A stretch of DNA of 64,000 bases, taken from an uncultured Acidobacteriota bacterium (GTDB taxonomy: Bacteria > Acidobacteriota > Blastocatellia > Pyrinomonadales > Pyrinomonadaceae). The stretch spans positions 3,310,275 through 3,374,274 of the forward strand of contig CAVTYF010000001.1 in NCBI GenBank assembly GCA_963738935.1, in the 5' to 3' direction. This document shows positions 45,504 to 57,354 of the stretch, piece by piece (positions within the stretch are counted from its first letter, which is position 1; every line of letters starts with the position of its first letter). Below the pieces are notes generated by a model. That model had not been told where the DNA came from. It was given only the letters and a program-made list of their open reading frames with translations, and searched no databases. Position numbers and translations under genes: made by a program.

Positions 45504-48500
45504 GTGCAAAAATTGCGTTTTTGGTCAGTCTTAGTTTGCGTTTCCGTATTGTCGATTTCTAGTTTGTACGCTCAGGGCGGGCGGCCGACGCCTCCGGCAT
45601 CGACGGCGGTCATTCCGACGCCTGCCCCGTCGCCGACACCTGGGGGCGATTCGACAAGGAATACGGTTGTTGCTCCGTCACCAACGCCATCGGCAACTCC
45701 GACTCCGCCGCCAGACCCGATGGGGTCGCAGGTGTTTGGCGGGATGCGTTTCCGCTCGATTGGGCCGGCTGCCACGTCGGGCCGGGTGATCGCATTTGCG
45801 GTCGATCCAACAGATCGGGCGAAATATTACGTCGCGGTCGCCTCCGGCGGTGTTTGGAAGACCGTTAACAGCGGGACGACGTTTACGCCGGTTTTTGATG
45901 GCGAGGGGGCATTCTCGATCGGAGCGATTGCACTCGATCCAAAGAATCCCGCCACCGTCTGGGTTGGCACCGGTGAGCGCAACAGCCAGCGGAGCGTTGC
46001 CTACGGCGACGGCGTCTATCGATCGGACGATGGCGGCAGAAGCTGGAGAAACGTCGGGCTCAAAACCTCAGAACACATCGGCCGAATAGCGATCGATCCG
46101 CGTGACAGCAATGTGGTTTTTGTGGCTGCGCAAGGGCCTCTCTGGTCACCGGGCGGCGAACGCGGACTCTACAAAACGACCGATGGCGGTCGCACGTGGA
46201 AGGCGGTCATTCCCGGAACCGAACACACCGGAGCGACCGACGTGGTCATTGACCCGACAAACCCGGACATAATGTACGCGGCGACATGGCAGCGGCGGCG
46301 ACATTTTTACACGCTGATCAACGGCGGGCCAGAGAGTGCTGTTTACAAATCGACCGACGGCGGCAATACATGGACACGCCTTCGATCCGGTTTGCCGCCG
46401 GGCGATCTGGGCCGTATCGGGCTTGCAATCTCACCCGCCGATACAAATGTTGTCTATGCGACGGTTGAGGCCAGCGGTCAGCTTAGCGGTGTTTTTCGCT
46501 CAAGCGATCGCGGAGCAACCTGGGAGCGCACGAGCCCGTCGATTGCTCAGGGAATGTACTATGGCCAGATCGTTGCCGATCCAAAGAATGTTGATCGTAT
46601 ATACATTCCAAACGTTGTAAATCAGGTGTCGGACGATGGCGGCCGGACACAGAGAGCGCTGGGTGAACGCCTGAAACACGTCGATAACCACGCCCTTTGG
46701 GTCGATCCGAACAATACTGACTACATTCTCGTCGGATGCGACGGGGGCGTTTACGAGAGCTTTGATCGCGGTGCAAACTGGCATTTTAAGGCCAATCTGC
46801 CCGTGGCACAGTTTTACGACGTGACAGTCGACAATCAGTCGCCGTTTTACAATGTCTATGGCGGGACACAGGATAATAATTCGCTCGGCGGTCCGGCCAA
46901 GACACGCAGCACATCGGGCATTCTCAATTCCGACTGGTTTACGACAAATGGCGGCGACGGTTTTCAATCGCGGGTAGATCCGACCGACCCAAACATCATC
47001 TACGCCGAGAGCCAGAATGGCGGCCTGGTGCGTTTTGACAAGCGGACGGGTGAACGCGTCGGCATTGCGCCGATGGAAGGCAAGGGAATCGAATCTCAGC
47101 GATATAACTGGGATTCGCCGATCATCATCAGCCCGCATTTGCATACGCGTCTGTATTTTGCTGGCCACAAACTCTTCAAATCAGAAAATCGCGGTGATGA
47201 CTGGAAAGTGATCAGCGGTGATCTATCACGCGGTATCGACCGAAATACTTTGCCCGTTATGGGTAAAGTTTGGGGTCCCGACGCGATCGCCAAACACCAA
47301 TCGACCGCCCTCTGGGGCAATGCATCCGCTCTTTCCGAATCGCCAAAAAAACAGGGCCTGATCTATATCGGAACCGATGACGGGCTGATCCAGGTGACCG
47401 AGAATGACGGCGGCAGTTGGAGAAAGGTCGATAAGATCGCCGGAATTCCGGAGATGAGCTACGTTCAGCGAATTCTCGCTTCGCAGCATGACGCAAGCAC
47501 GGTCTATGCCGCTCTTTAATAATCACCAGAACGGCGATTTTAAGCCATACCCGATTAAGAGTACCGACGCCGGTAAAACATGGACATCGATCGCCTCAAA
47601 CCTGCCGCCACGCGGTTCGACCTATGCCATCGCCGAGGACCACGTAAACCCGAACTTGCTGTTTCTCGGAACCGAATTTGGATTCTTCTTTTCGGTCGAC
47701 GGCGGCGGTAAATGGATTCAGATACGCGCGGGATTGCCCGTGATCGCGGTTCGCGATATCGCGATCCATAAGGGCGAGAATGATGTGGTTCTCGCAACAT
47801 TTGGCCGCGGCATCTATGTCCTCGACAACTATGCTCCGCTCCGACAGGTGACGCGAGCGACGGTCGATAAATCTTCTGAATTGTTCCCGGTCAAGGACGC
47901 GTTGATGTACGTGCGTTCAAACGCATCGCTCGCCGGTTCGCAGGGAGCTTCTTTATACACGGCGCCAAACCCCGCATATGGCGCAACCTTAACCTATTTC
48001 ATCAAAGAAGCTCCGAAAACGATGCGGCAAAAACGTCAGGATGCCGAACGGGCGGCCGAACGGGCCAAACAGCCTTTCAAATATCCGTCCATCGCCGAAT
48101 TGCGCTCTGAAACAGAGGAAGAACCGCCGGCTGTCATCTTTACGATCACCGATGCCGAGGGCAAGATTGTTCGCCGGCTGACGACGCCCGCCGGAGCGGG
48201 GATTCGAGCGCTCAACCTGGGATATGCGATACGGACCACCGTCAATCCAGGCCGCTCCGCCTCAATTGCCAGCGGGCGTCACGATACCAGAGGGTTTTGG
48301 CGGATTCGGCGGCCCGCAGGGCCAATTGGTCATGCCGGGTAAATACAACGTCTCAATGGCGATGCGCTCTAATGGCGTCGTAACGGCAATGCCAGGTTCG
48401 CAGAGCTTTAACGTCGTCGTCGAGGGCAAAGAGAACATGACCGAGGCCGACGCCAGGTCGCTCTCGGAGTTTCAGCGAAAAGTCGCAACGCTCCAGCGAT

Positions 48501-48904
48501 CTGTCGCCGCCGCCAGCGACGTCTCGTCAACCGCCAAGGCCCGTATCGGCCTGTTAAAGCGTGCCTCAAATGAGGCTCTGACCGATAATAAAAAGCTCAT
48601 TGATCAGGCCGAGGCCTTTGACAACGAGATCGATTCGCTGATCAATGCGCTTCGAGGTGGACGCGAGAATACCGAGATCCCGCCGCCCTCGATCGCTCAG
48701 CGTGTCGGTAATGTAGCGGGTACGATCAGACTTTCGACCATCAAACCGACGCAGACGCAGCTCGACAACTTCGAACTCGCAAATTCAGAATTTGCGCCAT
48801 TGCTGGCAAGGCTCCGTGCATTGATCGAGGTTGACCTGCCAAGGTTTGAAAAAGAGCTCGAGGCCGCCGGTGCTCCACTGACGCCGGGACGTCTGCCGCA
48901 ATAA
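45504..48904 (+). pseudogene. sortilin/VPS10-like BNR (Asp-box) repeat beta-propeller protein, secreted, interrupted by two 1-nt frameshifts (about 47510-47516 and 48212-48220)
   Basis: Three consecutive overlapping ORFs. Many Asp-boxes (SDDGGRSW, TTDGGRTW, STDGGNTW, SSDRGATW, STDAGKTW...). The joins read ...ASTVYAA/FNNHQNGDFKPY... and ...GIRALN/WDMRYGPP... Confidence 0.75.
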
Positions 48905-48938
48905 CCGCCACAACCGGAGGGAAAGTTTAGGAAGAAAT

Positions 48939-49011
48939 TAGCCACGAATTACACGAATGGCACGAATTAGGAGAAACACTCTTGATTCGTGCAATTCGTG
49001 TAATTCGTGGC
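48939..49011. repeat. CACGAA-type palindromic (REP/MITE-like) element
   Basis: gccacgaattacacgaatggcacgaat-(17 nt)-attcgtgcaattcgtgtaattcgtggc: 27-bp arms with 1 mismatch. gaagaaat occurs on both flanks (48931..48938 and 49012..49019). It lies just after stop 48904. Confidence 0.6.
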
Positions 49012-49238
49012 GAAGAAATCTTCCGCGCGGCGATTCTTCTTTGCGGCTTTGCAAGTGGGACGATAAGGCGGGAGGAAACGCTCGGGTAAACGAACTTGCC
49101 ACCACCCGATCTCCAGGACGCACGAAACTGCCCGAAACCTTCGAAAATTTACTTTTTCCCTGGCGATGTGCTACAAATTGAAATTCTTGCCCAACGAAAT
49201 CTTATGTGCGAGAGTCTAATGAGTCCGGGGATAAGAAA

Positions 49239-49625
49239 ATGAAATTTTTTGGAATTTTGATTTGTATCGCGTTGTTTGGCGCCACCGGACTTGCCCAAAA
49301 ATTCCCGTGTCTACCGTCGGGAATAACCGAAAGTACGGTTGTCCGCGTCGATCGACGGTCGGCACCTGTCGGCGGAGGTAAGAAAATCACGGTTCGACAG
49401 ACGTTGAAGACCCTGAAGGCAAAATGCGAGGGCGGTCAACTGATTGATCGCACGCGAAAACTCATTAAGTTTTTCAGGTTTCAAGGATGCTGGGGCAATC
49501 CGCCGATGGACTACCTGGAGATCCGGCAGCGACAGGCGAAGGAACTGGCCGATTTGAAAAAGAAATACACAGTCATCGAAATGTCGTGCGACATCGGCGA
49601 TACGCCGGCGTATCTGATCAAATAG
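49239..49625 (+). CDS. secreted hypothetical protein
   Basis: Signal peptide MKFFGILICIALFGATGLAQ from ATG 49239. No motif recognised. Confidence 0.5.
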   Translation: MKFFGILICIALFGATGLAQKFPCLPSGITESTVVRVDRRSAPVGGGKKITVRQTLKTLKAKCEGGQLIDRTRKLIKFFRFQGCWGNPPMDYLEIRQRQAKELADLKKKYTVIEMSCDIGDTPAYLIK

Positions 49626-49646
49626 TATTTTTGACCAATTGCATTT

Positions 49647-52355
49647 ATGAAAAAATTGATCGGCTTCGGCGTGCTTAATTTGTTGTTGATCGGGCTGGTG
49701 GTTGGATGGGGATCGATTGTGACGGCGGATATGCTCGCGTCGTTTTACACGGATCCCGATATGGGGCCGACCGATTCGACCTTGAGCAAGGAAGAGTTTA
49801 TGATGCGGCGGTCTGAGGAGATCGCATCAAGGTGCGGCGTCGAAAAGGACAAGCCCTTTGACCCGCAAAAGCGGATTGACGCGATCAGACAGCTTGAACG
49901 CATGGAATCGGCTCGGCTCGGCTTGCCGGAAACGCTCGCAAAAAACTCGATTCTCGCCGACTGGACCGAGATCGGCCCTAACCCGATCCCCAACGGTCAG
50001 GTCGTTTCAGGCCCTCAGCTTGCGGTTTCAGGCCGCACGATTTCGATCGCGATACATCCGACAAATCCTGATTTAGTTTATGTGGGAACGGCGCAAGGCG
50101 GGTTGTATCGAACAACCGACGGCGGCACGACGTGGACGCCCCTGATGGACAATGCATTGAGTCTGGCCATCGGCGCGATCGCCATCGCTCCGTCACAGCC
50201 TGAGACGATCTATGTTGGGACGGGCGAACACAATTTTTCCGGTGACAGCTTTTTTGGCGTCGGGGTTTATCGTATAGACAACGCAAGCACGACCGCCGAT
50301 TTGACCGGCCCGCTCAACCGCAATGCGGCGAATGCTGACGTTTTCACGGGACGCGGCATTAGCCGTATCATCGTTCACCCAACCGACCCGGCAACGATCT
50401 TCGTCGCCACAACCTCGGGAGCGGGCGGCTTGGTGGGTGTGCAGCTAGGTGCCCCGCCTCCTCGCGGCGTTTATCGCTCGACCAATGCAACATCCCCGAG
50501 TCCGGACTTCACCCGGATGACGAATCTGGCCGGCAACCAGAACGTCAGCGTTCGCGACATCGCCACTGACCCCGCGAACCCGAATTTTCTGCTGGCAAAT
50601 GTTGCTCAGGCAAATGCGGCGGCTAGCGGGATTCACGTGTCGAACAATGCCCTCGCCGACTCGCCGACATTTGATCAAAGACAGGCGTTTGCCGGGACGA
50701 TCACGAACGAAGTGACGGCAGAATTTGCCGTCCAACGCTCCGGGCCAACTTTGACGCTTTATGCCGCGACGGGCAATGGTGGCGGCCGGGTACTTGTCAG
50801 CACGGACGACGGCCTCAGCTGGACGCAGCGGATCGATAATAATTTTTGTACACCGCAATGTTTCTATAATATTGCCTTTGCAGTCGATCCGACCGACGCA
50901 AACCGCCTGTACCTCGGCGGTGTCGGAACAAACACAACATTCACGATTTCGTCGAATGGAGGAACCTCATTTACCAGCAGCGCGAGCGGGCTGCATACCG
51001 ATTCTCACGTGATCGCACCGGCTCCATCACTTCCGTCAACGGTTTATTTTGGCTCGGATGGCGGCATTTACAAGTCAGTTGACAGCGGGGCGACGTGGGT
51101 AACGCTAAATAATACGACGTTTAGAGCAACTCAGTTTATGGGCCTCTCCGTCCACCCGACGGATCCGAATTTTACGCTAGGCGGTACACAGGACAATGGG
51201 ACAAACTTCTTCCGGCCTGACGGCACCTGGACGAGGGCTGATTTTGGAGATGGCGGGTACTCGGTGATTGACCAAACCTCGACCGGTACTGCGACTTTGA
51301 ATATGTACCACACATACCAAAACAATGCGGACACGCTACAGGGCTACGCTTTTCTCACGAACGGCTTGACTCCCAGCGAAGGTACGTGGTTGCGTCGTGG
51401 ATGTTCCTCAAGCGGTACAACCGTTAACGGCATTACGTGTAACGGCGTTATCCGATTTTATGCTCCGCTCGAACAGGGGCCGGGTTCACCGAATACGATT
51501 TATTACGGCTCTGACCGGCTCTATCGCTCGGCCGACACCGGGCTAAATCACACCGTTGTAAGTCAAAACCCCATCGTATCAGGCTTTCCGATTACGGCGA
51601 TCTGCATATCGCCCCAGAATGATAATATACGCGTTGTCGGCCTGAGCAACGGCGCGATCTGGGGCACGACGACCGGTTCTTCGACGCTCACCAATCTCGA
51701 TCCGACAAATGCCATTCCAAACAGCCCGATCGCCCGCGTTGTTATTGATCCGCAAAATGTCGAGGTGGCCTACATTACTTTGTCGGTGTTTGGCCCCGCA
51801 AATGTATGGAGAACGAGCAACCTGTCGTCGCCGGCGCCGACCTGGACGTCGGTTGCTAACGCTCTGCCGCAGGTTCCGATAAACGGGCTTATAGTCGACC
51901 CGGCGAACTCAAACATCCTGTACGCGGGCACGGATATCGGCGTTTTTGTTTCGACCGATGCCGGAGCGAATTGGACGGCGTTTGGCACCGGGCTGCCGCG
52001 AATCGCCGTATTTGACCTCGCAAAGACCGCCGGCAATATGATCCGAATTGCGACGCATGGACGCGGGATGTGGCAAATACCGGCCATGTCACCAAACGCC
52101 ACGCCCGTGACAATTTCGGGCCGCGTGACCACGCCGTCGGGTCTCGGTCTGCGAAATGCGACGGTGACGATGACCGACCCGCAGGGCGTCAGACGTACCG
52201 CGACAACGAGTTCGTTTGGCGTTTACAGCTTTGCGGGTGTACTGACGGGCCAGAATTACGTCTTTGGCGTTTCTTCAAAACGATACAGGTTTGCACCCCT
52301 ATCGATCGACGTAAAATCCGCGCTTTCGAATGTTGATTTTGTCGGTCTGGAATAG
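49647..52355 (+). CDS. BNR/Asp-box beta-propeller protein (sialidase/Ycf48-like fold) with a C-terminal CarboxypepD_reg-like domain
   Basis: 902 aa. Asp-boxes RTTDGGTTW, VSTDDGLSW, KSVDSGATW, VSTDAGANW. The last roughly 85 aa are about 55-60% identical by eye to the C-terminus of the giant protein at 36017..36274. Confidence 0.8.
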   Translation: MKKLIGFGVLNLLLIGLVVGWGSIVTADMLASFYTDPDMGPTDSTLSKEEFMMRRSEEIASRCGVEKDKPFDPQKRIDAIRQLERMESARLGLPETLAKNSILADWTEIGPNPIPNGQVVSGPQLAVSGRTISIAIHPTNPDLVYVGTAQGGLYRTTDGGTTWTPLMDNALSLAIGAIAIAPSQPETIYVGTGEHNFSGDSFFGVGVYRIDNASTTADLTGPLNRNAANADVFTGRGISRIIVHPTDPATIFVATTSGAGGLVGVQLGAPPPRGVYRSTNATSPSPDFTRMTNLAGNQNVSVRDIATDPANPNFLLANVAQANAAASGIHVSNNALADSPTFDQRQAFAGTITNEVTAEFAVQRSGPTLTLYAATGNGGGRVLVSTDDGLSWTQRIDNNFCTPQCFYNIAFAVDPTDANRLYLGGVGTNTTFTISSNGGTSFTSSASGLHTDSHVIAPAPSLPSTVYFGSDGGIYKSVDSGATWVTLNNTTFRATQFMGLSVHPTDPNFTLGGTQDNGTNFFRPDGTWTRADFGDGGYSVIDQTSTGTATLNMYHTYQNNADTLQGYAFLTNGLTPSEGTWLRRGCSSSGTTVNGITCNGVIRFYAPLEQGPGSPNTIYYGSDRLYRSADTGLNHTVVSQNPIVSGFPITAICISPQNDNIRVVGLSNGAIWGTTTGSSTLTNLDPTNAIPNSPIARVVIDPQNVEVAYITLSVFGPANVWRTSNLSSPAPTWTSVANALPQVPINGLIVDPANSNILYAGTDIGVFVSTDAGANWTAFGTGLPRIAVFDLAKTAGNMIRIATHGRGMWQIPAMSPNATPVTISGRVTTPSGLGLRNATVTMTDPQGVRRTATTSSFGVYSFAGVLTGQNYVFGVSSKRYRFAPLSIDVKSALSNVDFVGLE

Positions 52356-52415
52356 CACGAACTAACCCGCGGCATTAGAGCAGTTACGTTTCGACTGGAG
52401 GGCGCCGATGGTGGC

Positions 52416-52431
52416 AGCGGGCAAGCCCGCT
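52416..52431. terminator. short GC hairpin between convergent genes (weak terminator candidate)
   Basis: agcggg-caag-cccgct followed by tcttaa. The T-tract is poor. Confidence 0.3.
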
Positions 52432-52449
52432 TCTTAACTGAATCTCGTG

Positions 52450-54352
52450 TTAAGACAGATTCAACTTTGCGAGCAGCTTGTTAAAACGCGCATCGTCATG
52501 GACGAAATCGTAAATCGGCGTGTATTTTATCTGCCACAGCGTCGGCTCGTTTTCATCAAAGGCCTTTTCGAGCCAGGTCATGGTTTGGTCGCGATTGTTT
52601 AGGGTGGCGTATGAAAAGGCGATATTCACGGCGGGAAAGTAGCCCTGTTTTCGAAGTAATAGATTTTCGTCAAGCCACATCTGATATGCGGCCGCGAGAC
52701 CGTCAGTTTTTTTGACTGCATCTAGTTTCGCGGCCAAGTCGGCACCGCCCTCGCGCTCGAGCGCCCGCAGATAGGAGTTAAATGCCTTTTCAGGTTCCTT
52801 ATTTGCGTCATAGGCCGAACCCAGGAACCAGCGCGGAAGTGATACATCCGGGTTCTCGGCAATGACCTTTTCGAGATGCTCGATAGCGGTTGAATAACGC
52901 CGGGCACACAGGTGCGTGAGGGCAATATCCGTTTTAACGATCGGCGAAAGCGGATTTAACTGCGCCGCTCGCTCCAATCTTGCGAGAGCATCGTCAAACT
53001 TTCCGTTGGCAATCAAAAAATATCCGTACCGCAGGTAGGCGTCGGCGTTATTTGGGTTAAGTTCAAGGGCTTTTTCGAGCGAGGCTTGGGCTGCAGTCCA
53101 ATTACGTTCGGCTAGAAACTCAATCAGCGCCCGTGCAGAATACGCGTCGGACAAGTTCGGATTAAGCTGTAGGGCGCGCTCGATTGATTGCTTGGCGCGC
53201 GGGATTATCTCGCCGGGTGGCCGTAAACCGAAGTTGTAGAGGATCAAAAGAGCATCGGCGAGTCCGGCGTGGGCGCTGGCAAACTGCCGGTCGAGTGCGA
53301 TGGCCTGCTCGTAAAATTCGATGGCCTTATTGAGTCCCTGCACCGAGTTCTGATTCTGATAAAACCGCCCTCGCAGATATTTTTCGTATGCCTCGACATT
53401 TTCGGTCTGGCGGCTGAGGAGCAGTTTTCTCTCGGCCACGGAAAGTTCATAAAATAGCGTTTTGGCGATCTTGTTTGATAGATCGTCCTGTAGCGGCAAA
53501 AATCTCGCTTGCGGGTGCGTCAAATTTTTCTGTCCAAATCTGCTCGCCGGTCGACACCCGTATCAACCTGGCATTTACGCGCAGACGGTTCTCGGATTGC
53601 TGGATGGTTCCCTCAAAGACGGCATCGACATTCAACCTCCGTCCAATCTCGAGCGCGTCAGCGTCCGACCCGGCAAATTTTGCGACCGCGCTTGTTGGAC
53701 GGACAGTTATTGTCCGGATCGCTCCGAGCCTGGAAATCAAAGCATCGGTCAATCCGAGGCCGAGGGCTTTGTTATTTTCCTCGGCCGATAGTGATTTCAG
53801 CGGCAGTACCGCAATGGTATTTATCTGCGAAACAGCCGGCTCAGTCGTTCGAACAAAATAAAATCCGGCGCCGACAACACACCCAATCATAACCAGCCCG
53901 ATGGCAAAAGCAGCCACCCGGTTCGTCCGACGCGGCGGGGCGATAACCGCAGTCTCTGTATCGGTCTCGTGTTTGATCTTGACGCTCATTCGACGCTCAA
54001 CCAAAAGGTCGGTCGAGCCGTCGAGCTGCGTCACGTCGGCCTTAAATCGATAACCGTGTTTTGGCAGCGTCTCGATAAGTTGCGTGCCGTCAGTGTTTAG
54101 GATCTTTCTCAGACGCGAGATGTTCTTGGCGAGATTGCCTTCCTCGACAAACGACTCTTCCCAGAGGGTCGTCATCATTTCTTCCTTGGTCAAAAGGCGC
54201 CCGTTCGCCTCGACCAGCATCAGCAGTGTGTCAAAAACCTTGTCCGTCAAATGTACTGACTTGCCTTCGGCGAGCAAAACGCGCTCCTGGGGATCAAGCA
54301 CAAACTTGCCGAATTCATATATAAACCCCTTATTTTCAGCAATTGTGCTCAT
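52450..54352 (-). pseudogene. CadC/OmpR-type winged-helix transcriptional regulator with a TM segment, periplasmic domain and TPR repeats, interrupted by a frameshift near 53495-53503
   Basis: The N-terminus FGKFVLDPQERVLLAEGKSVHLTDKVFDTLLMLVEANGRLLTKEEMMTTLW is a trans_reg_C domain. ORFs 53447..54352 and 52450..53523 overlap by 77 nt. The join reads ...DAPASEIF/PLQDDLSNKIAKTL... Confidence 0.7.
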
Positions 54353-54493
54353 GTCAGAAAAATGTCAGAACTTTGTCTAAAAAAATCCAAGACCGCTCGT
54401 CACAATCCGCACGATGATGGTGCCGCGAGCAAAAAACTAAACGCTTGACATGAATTGTAACGCCGAACGCTTGGGTAAAACAAGAAAAAACGT

Positions 54494-54877
54494 ATGAAGC
54501 ACAAAACCGAGATCGAGATCGAAATGAGCGAACGAATCGTTTTCAGCCGCCGCACCGAACGGTTTGAATCTTTTTGTCCGCAATGCCAATCGAACGTCGA
54601 GATGGCATCGCCCCAAATCGCGGCGATTCTCACGCATACGACCGAGCGCGGAGTTTATCGTCTCATTGAGGCGGGAACGGTTCATTTTGTCGAAGCCGCC
54701 AGAGTTTTTGTTTGCATACGGTCGTTAACGCTGACGTTGGCGGAACCCTATGTGATTGTCGGCAAGGCGTTTTTCAAGAAGCAGGAAGACACGGAAACGG
54801 CGAATCAGATAGTGCCGGAGGAAGAGATCAACAACTCTCCATTGTTGATGACGATAGCCAGCCCGGCAAGGGCTTAG
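54494..54877 (+). CDS. hypothetical protein (CxxC plus possible HTH-like segment)
   Basis: 127-aa ORF containing FCPQCQSNVEMASPQIAAILTHTTERGVYRLIEAGTVHFVE. No family assigned. Confidence 0.4.
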   Translation: MKHKTEIEIEMSERIVFSRRTERFESFCPQCQSNVEMASPQIAAILTHTTERGVYRLIEAGTVHFVEAARVFVCIRSLTLTLAEPYVIVGKAFFKKQEDTETANQIVPEEEINNSPLLMTIASPARA

Positions 54878-54980
54878 AAGGAAATACAGAAAACTACGGA
54901 ATGAGAACATTTAGCGTTCTGACAGTGAGACTGGGTTTAAATCGAGGTGATTACGGTTGGTACGATGGGAGAATGAAACT

Positions 54981-55281
54981 ATGAAGAATTTTTACGTCGA
55001 AACGATCCTGAGCATTGTTTCACTGCTCGTTTTTTCGACAATCTGCTCTGCGCAGGCGACGGAGTTTACTATCAGGGCAGTTTGCGGGATGGGCATATCC
55101 GGCGAACGCGAATTATGATTTTGAGTTTCAGTTGTATGACGCACTGGGCGGCGGTTCGCAGATCGGTGGCGCGATAACGCGAAACGGCATGGCGGTCACG
55201 TATGGCTTTTTATCTGTGAATCTGGATTTCGGATCAAGCTTTCCGCAAAACGCGGTGGCGGATATATGCAGGGAGAATTGA
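54981..55281 (+). pseudogene. degraded N-terminal fragment of a secreted tail-fibre/adhesin-like protein (two 1-nt deletions, then truncated)
   Basis: Signal peptide MKNFYVETILSIVSLLVFSTICSAQA in frame A. YQGSLRDGH is in frame B and PANANYDFEFQLYDALGGGSQIGG in frame C. Together they rebuild the common FTYQGxLxDxGxPANGxYDFxFxLYD N-terminal motif. Confidence 0.4.
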
Positions 55282-55372
55282 ATTCAAACACCGACCGCAA
55301 TGAAGTTGGAGAATCGAGCAGGTGTACACGATTTTTTATTGGAACGAGAAATTACTCAAGGAGTTTTGGATT

Positions 55373-56660
55373 ATGAAAAAGACTATAGCCGCATTCTTAA
55401 CACTGGTTATTGGCACGACGCCGATTTTTGCCGATTTCAAACTTCGGCAGCAAGTTACGACGGGCACGGGCAAGGATAATTTTACACAGGAACGCGCAGT
55501 TTGGGTCAAGGGAATGCGTGACCGTACAGAGAGTAGGTTTGTCACAGACAACGAGCGGATGGCCCAGATGATGCCGGTTATTGCCGAGGTTCGCCAGTGC
55601 GATCTGCGACAGTCGTTGAGGATAAACGACCGAGCAAAAAAATACTTTATCTCGCCGTTTGCCGAAGCCGATGACAAGCCGCTACCATCCGTCAAGCCGA
55701 ATACAAAAACCGAAACCGTCAAGGGCGGTACGCTCACGTGGACTTACTCGCTGACCGACACGGGCGAGCGCCGACAGATGTTCGGGCTGGGCGCGCGGCA
55801 TTTGATAATCAAGCAGACAACCGAATCGTCGAAGGATTCGTGCGGCGGCGAAAACGGGGTGAGCATTACGGAAGATGGCTGGTATGTTTATCTACAGCCC
55901 GAAACGGCCAAATGTTCCTTTGATGTGCCTCGCGTCGAGCGCAGAGAAGTCAAACCGCAGTGCCGAGATAAAATCGTCAGACAAGGTACGCCACAAAATC
56001 CGGGCATGTTGCTCGAGGGTACGACAAAAATCACCGACCTCCTGCCGCAAAACTGAAATAACGACCTCAGTCAAAACGCTCGATTTGTCAAAGGCGGCAG
56101 TCGAAATGTCGCTATTTGAAATTCCAGCAGGTTACTCGCTCGTGGATTCCGAGCAAAGTTTAATGTCAATCAGCTTCGGAGACCTTTCGGGCGGCGTTTT
56201 CGGCCCGACAAACACTCAGCCGGTAAACACGCCGACTCAATCAAAGAAAAAATCGGTCGCGATCAATATCTTTGCAGGTCAGGTTTCTAAGATTGATCAG
56301 CCGGCCTTGAGGCAATACATTGCACAGCAGATCTCTAGCAGCGCAAACGGCGTTCTTGTCACGTCGCCAGTCGACATCGCTTCCGGTGTCTATGAAAACG
56401 TCATTGGCATTGAGGTCAAATCGGTTAAAGAATCCGGCGCTGCGAAGATCGGCGGCCTCTTTGGCAAGGTAACCGGTAATACGGATGCCGCGAAGATCGG
56501 CAAATCCGAGGCCGAGATCGTCATGACGCTTTATGACAAAAATGGCACGATCGTCATCGCAAGCGGAACTGCGAAAGAAAAGGTTGACGGCAAGGCCGAC
56601 GATGCCGTAAAAGCTGCTATAGACAAGGCTCTCTCTCAGATCATGCCAAATTTGAAGTAG
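55373..56660 (+). pseudogene. secreted two-domain protein (DUF4412-like N-part ending ...FEIPAGY, plus an LpoB/CsgG-like C-part), with an apparent frameshift near 56045-56056
   Basis: ORFs 55322..56056 and 55875..56660 overlap in different frames. Skipping one nt after CTGCCG gives ...ITDLLPKTEITTSVKTLDLSKAAVEMSLFEIPAGY... RBS AAGGAG before ATG 55373. Confidence 0.5.
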
Positions 56661-56686
56661 AGTCCGTCAACAATAGGAGACTATCG

Positions 56687-57028
56687 ATGCGATCTTTCTC
56701 TATCTATTTGTTTATATTTTTCCTGGCTTTCCCGCCTGATATTCTGGGTGACGGAAGTGCGAAACGCCTGACCTTCCCGAAAGGAAAGAGTACCGTCAGC
56801 TATCGGGGCAAACTGCCGTTAAGCTCAAATTATGATGCGTACTTTTTCCCGGCCCGAAAGGGACGATTTCTGACGGTTAAGCTGATTTCCGCTGATCGGG
56901 ACGCTTATTTTGCGATATACGAGACAAAGCAACTCGGTCCAGGCGAGGATACAATTGTTGCCAACGATCGCCGTTCGCTGGAATGGACCGGTATGACGAT
57001 TCTGGTTGTATGCGGCCCCGTGGTATGA
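56687..57028 (+). CDS. secreted hypothetical protein
   Basis: 113-aa ORF with an N-terminal hydrophobic signal. The C-terminal end looks abrupt. Confidence 0.4.
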   Translation: MRSFSIYLFIFFLAFPPDILGDGSAKRLTFPKGKSTVSYRGKLPLSSNYDAYFFPARKGRFLTVKLISADRDAYFAIYETKQLGPGEDTIVANDRRSLEWTGMTILVVCGPVV

Positions 57029-57115
57029 CAGTGACGCGATCCCAAGCGAGATATTTACAAACCCATATCAGGGAGCCAATCTGAACAATACGTGGGTGCG
57101 GAAGAAATAAGACAG

Positions 57116-57225
57116 GAACCACGAAAAAACACGAAAAATACACTAAATTTCAGTTTTCAAGAATAGAAATATGACACGTCGCCTCATGTCACCATTTAGT
57201 GATTTTTCGTGTAATTTCGTGGTTC
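57116..57225. repeat. CACGAA-type palindromic (REP/MITE-like) element
   Basis: gaaccacgaaaaaacacgaaaaatacactaaat-(45 nt)-atttagtgatttttcgtgtaatttcgtggttc. The arms match apart from 1 indel and 2 mismatches. Confidence 0.55.
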
Positions 57226-57354
57226 AATTCTTCTCCTCCGTCGGTGCGCCAGAGTCGCGATGCGCGACGGTGCATCGCGTTTTTGTTTGTCGGACGTTAA
57301 CTCGCTATAATTCCCTTTTTGGTTATATCTAAATTCTTATCAGAGGACACTACA

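Noticed and set aside
48938-49181. ORFs 48938..49123 (-) and 48957..49181 (+)
   Set aside because: They are translation artefacts of the CACGAA palindromic element (HELHELHES, IRAIRVIRG). They have no RBS and no coding signature.
56960-57110. Possible frameshift at the 3' end of ORF 56687..57028
   Set aside because: The alternative frames downstream give no convincing continuation, so the evidence is too weak to call.
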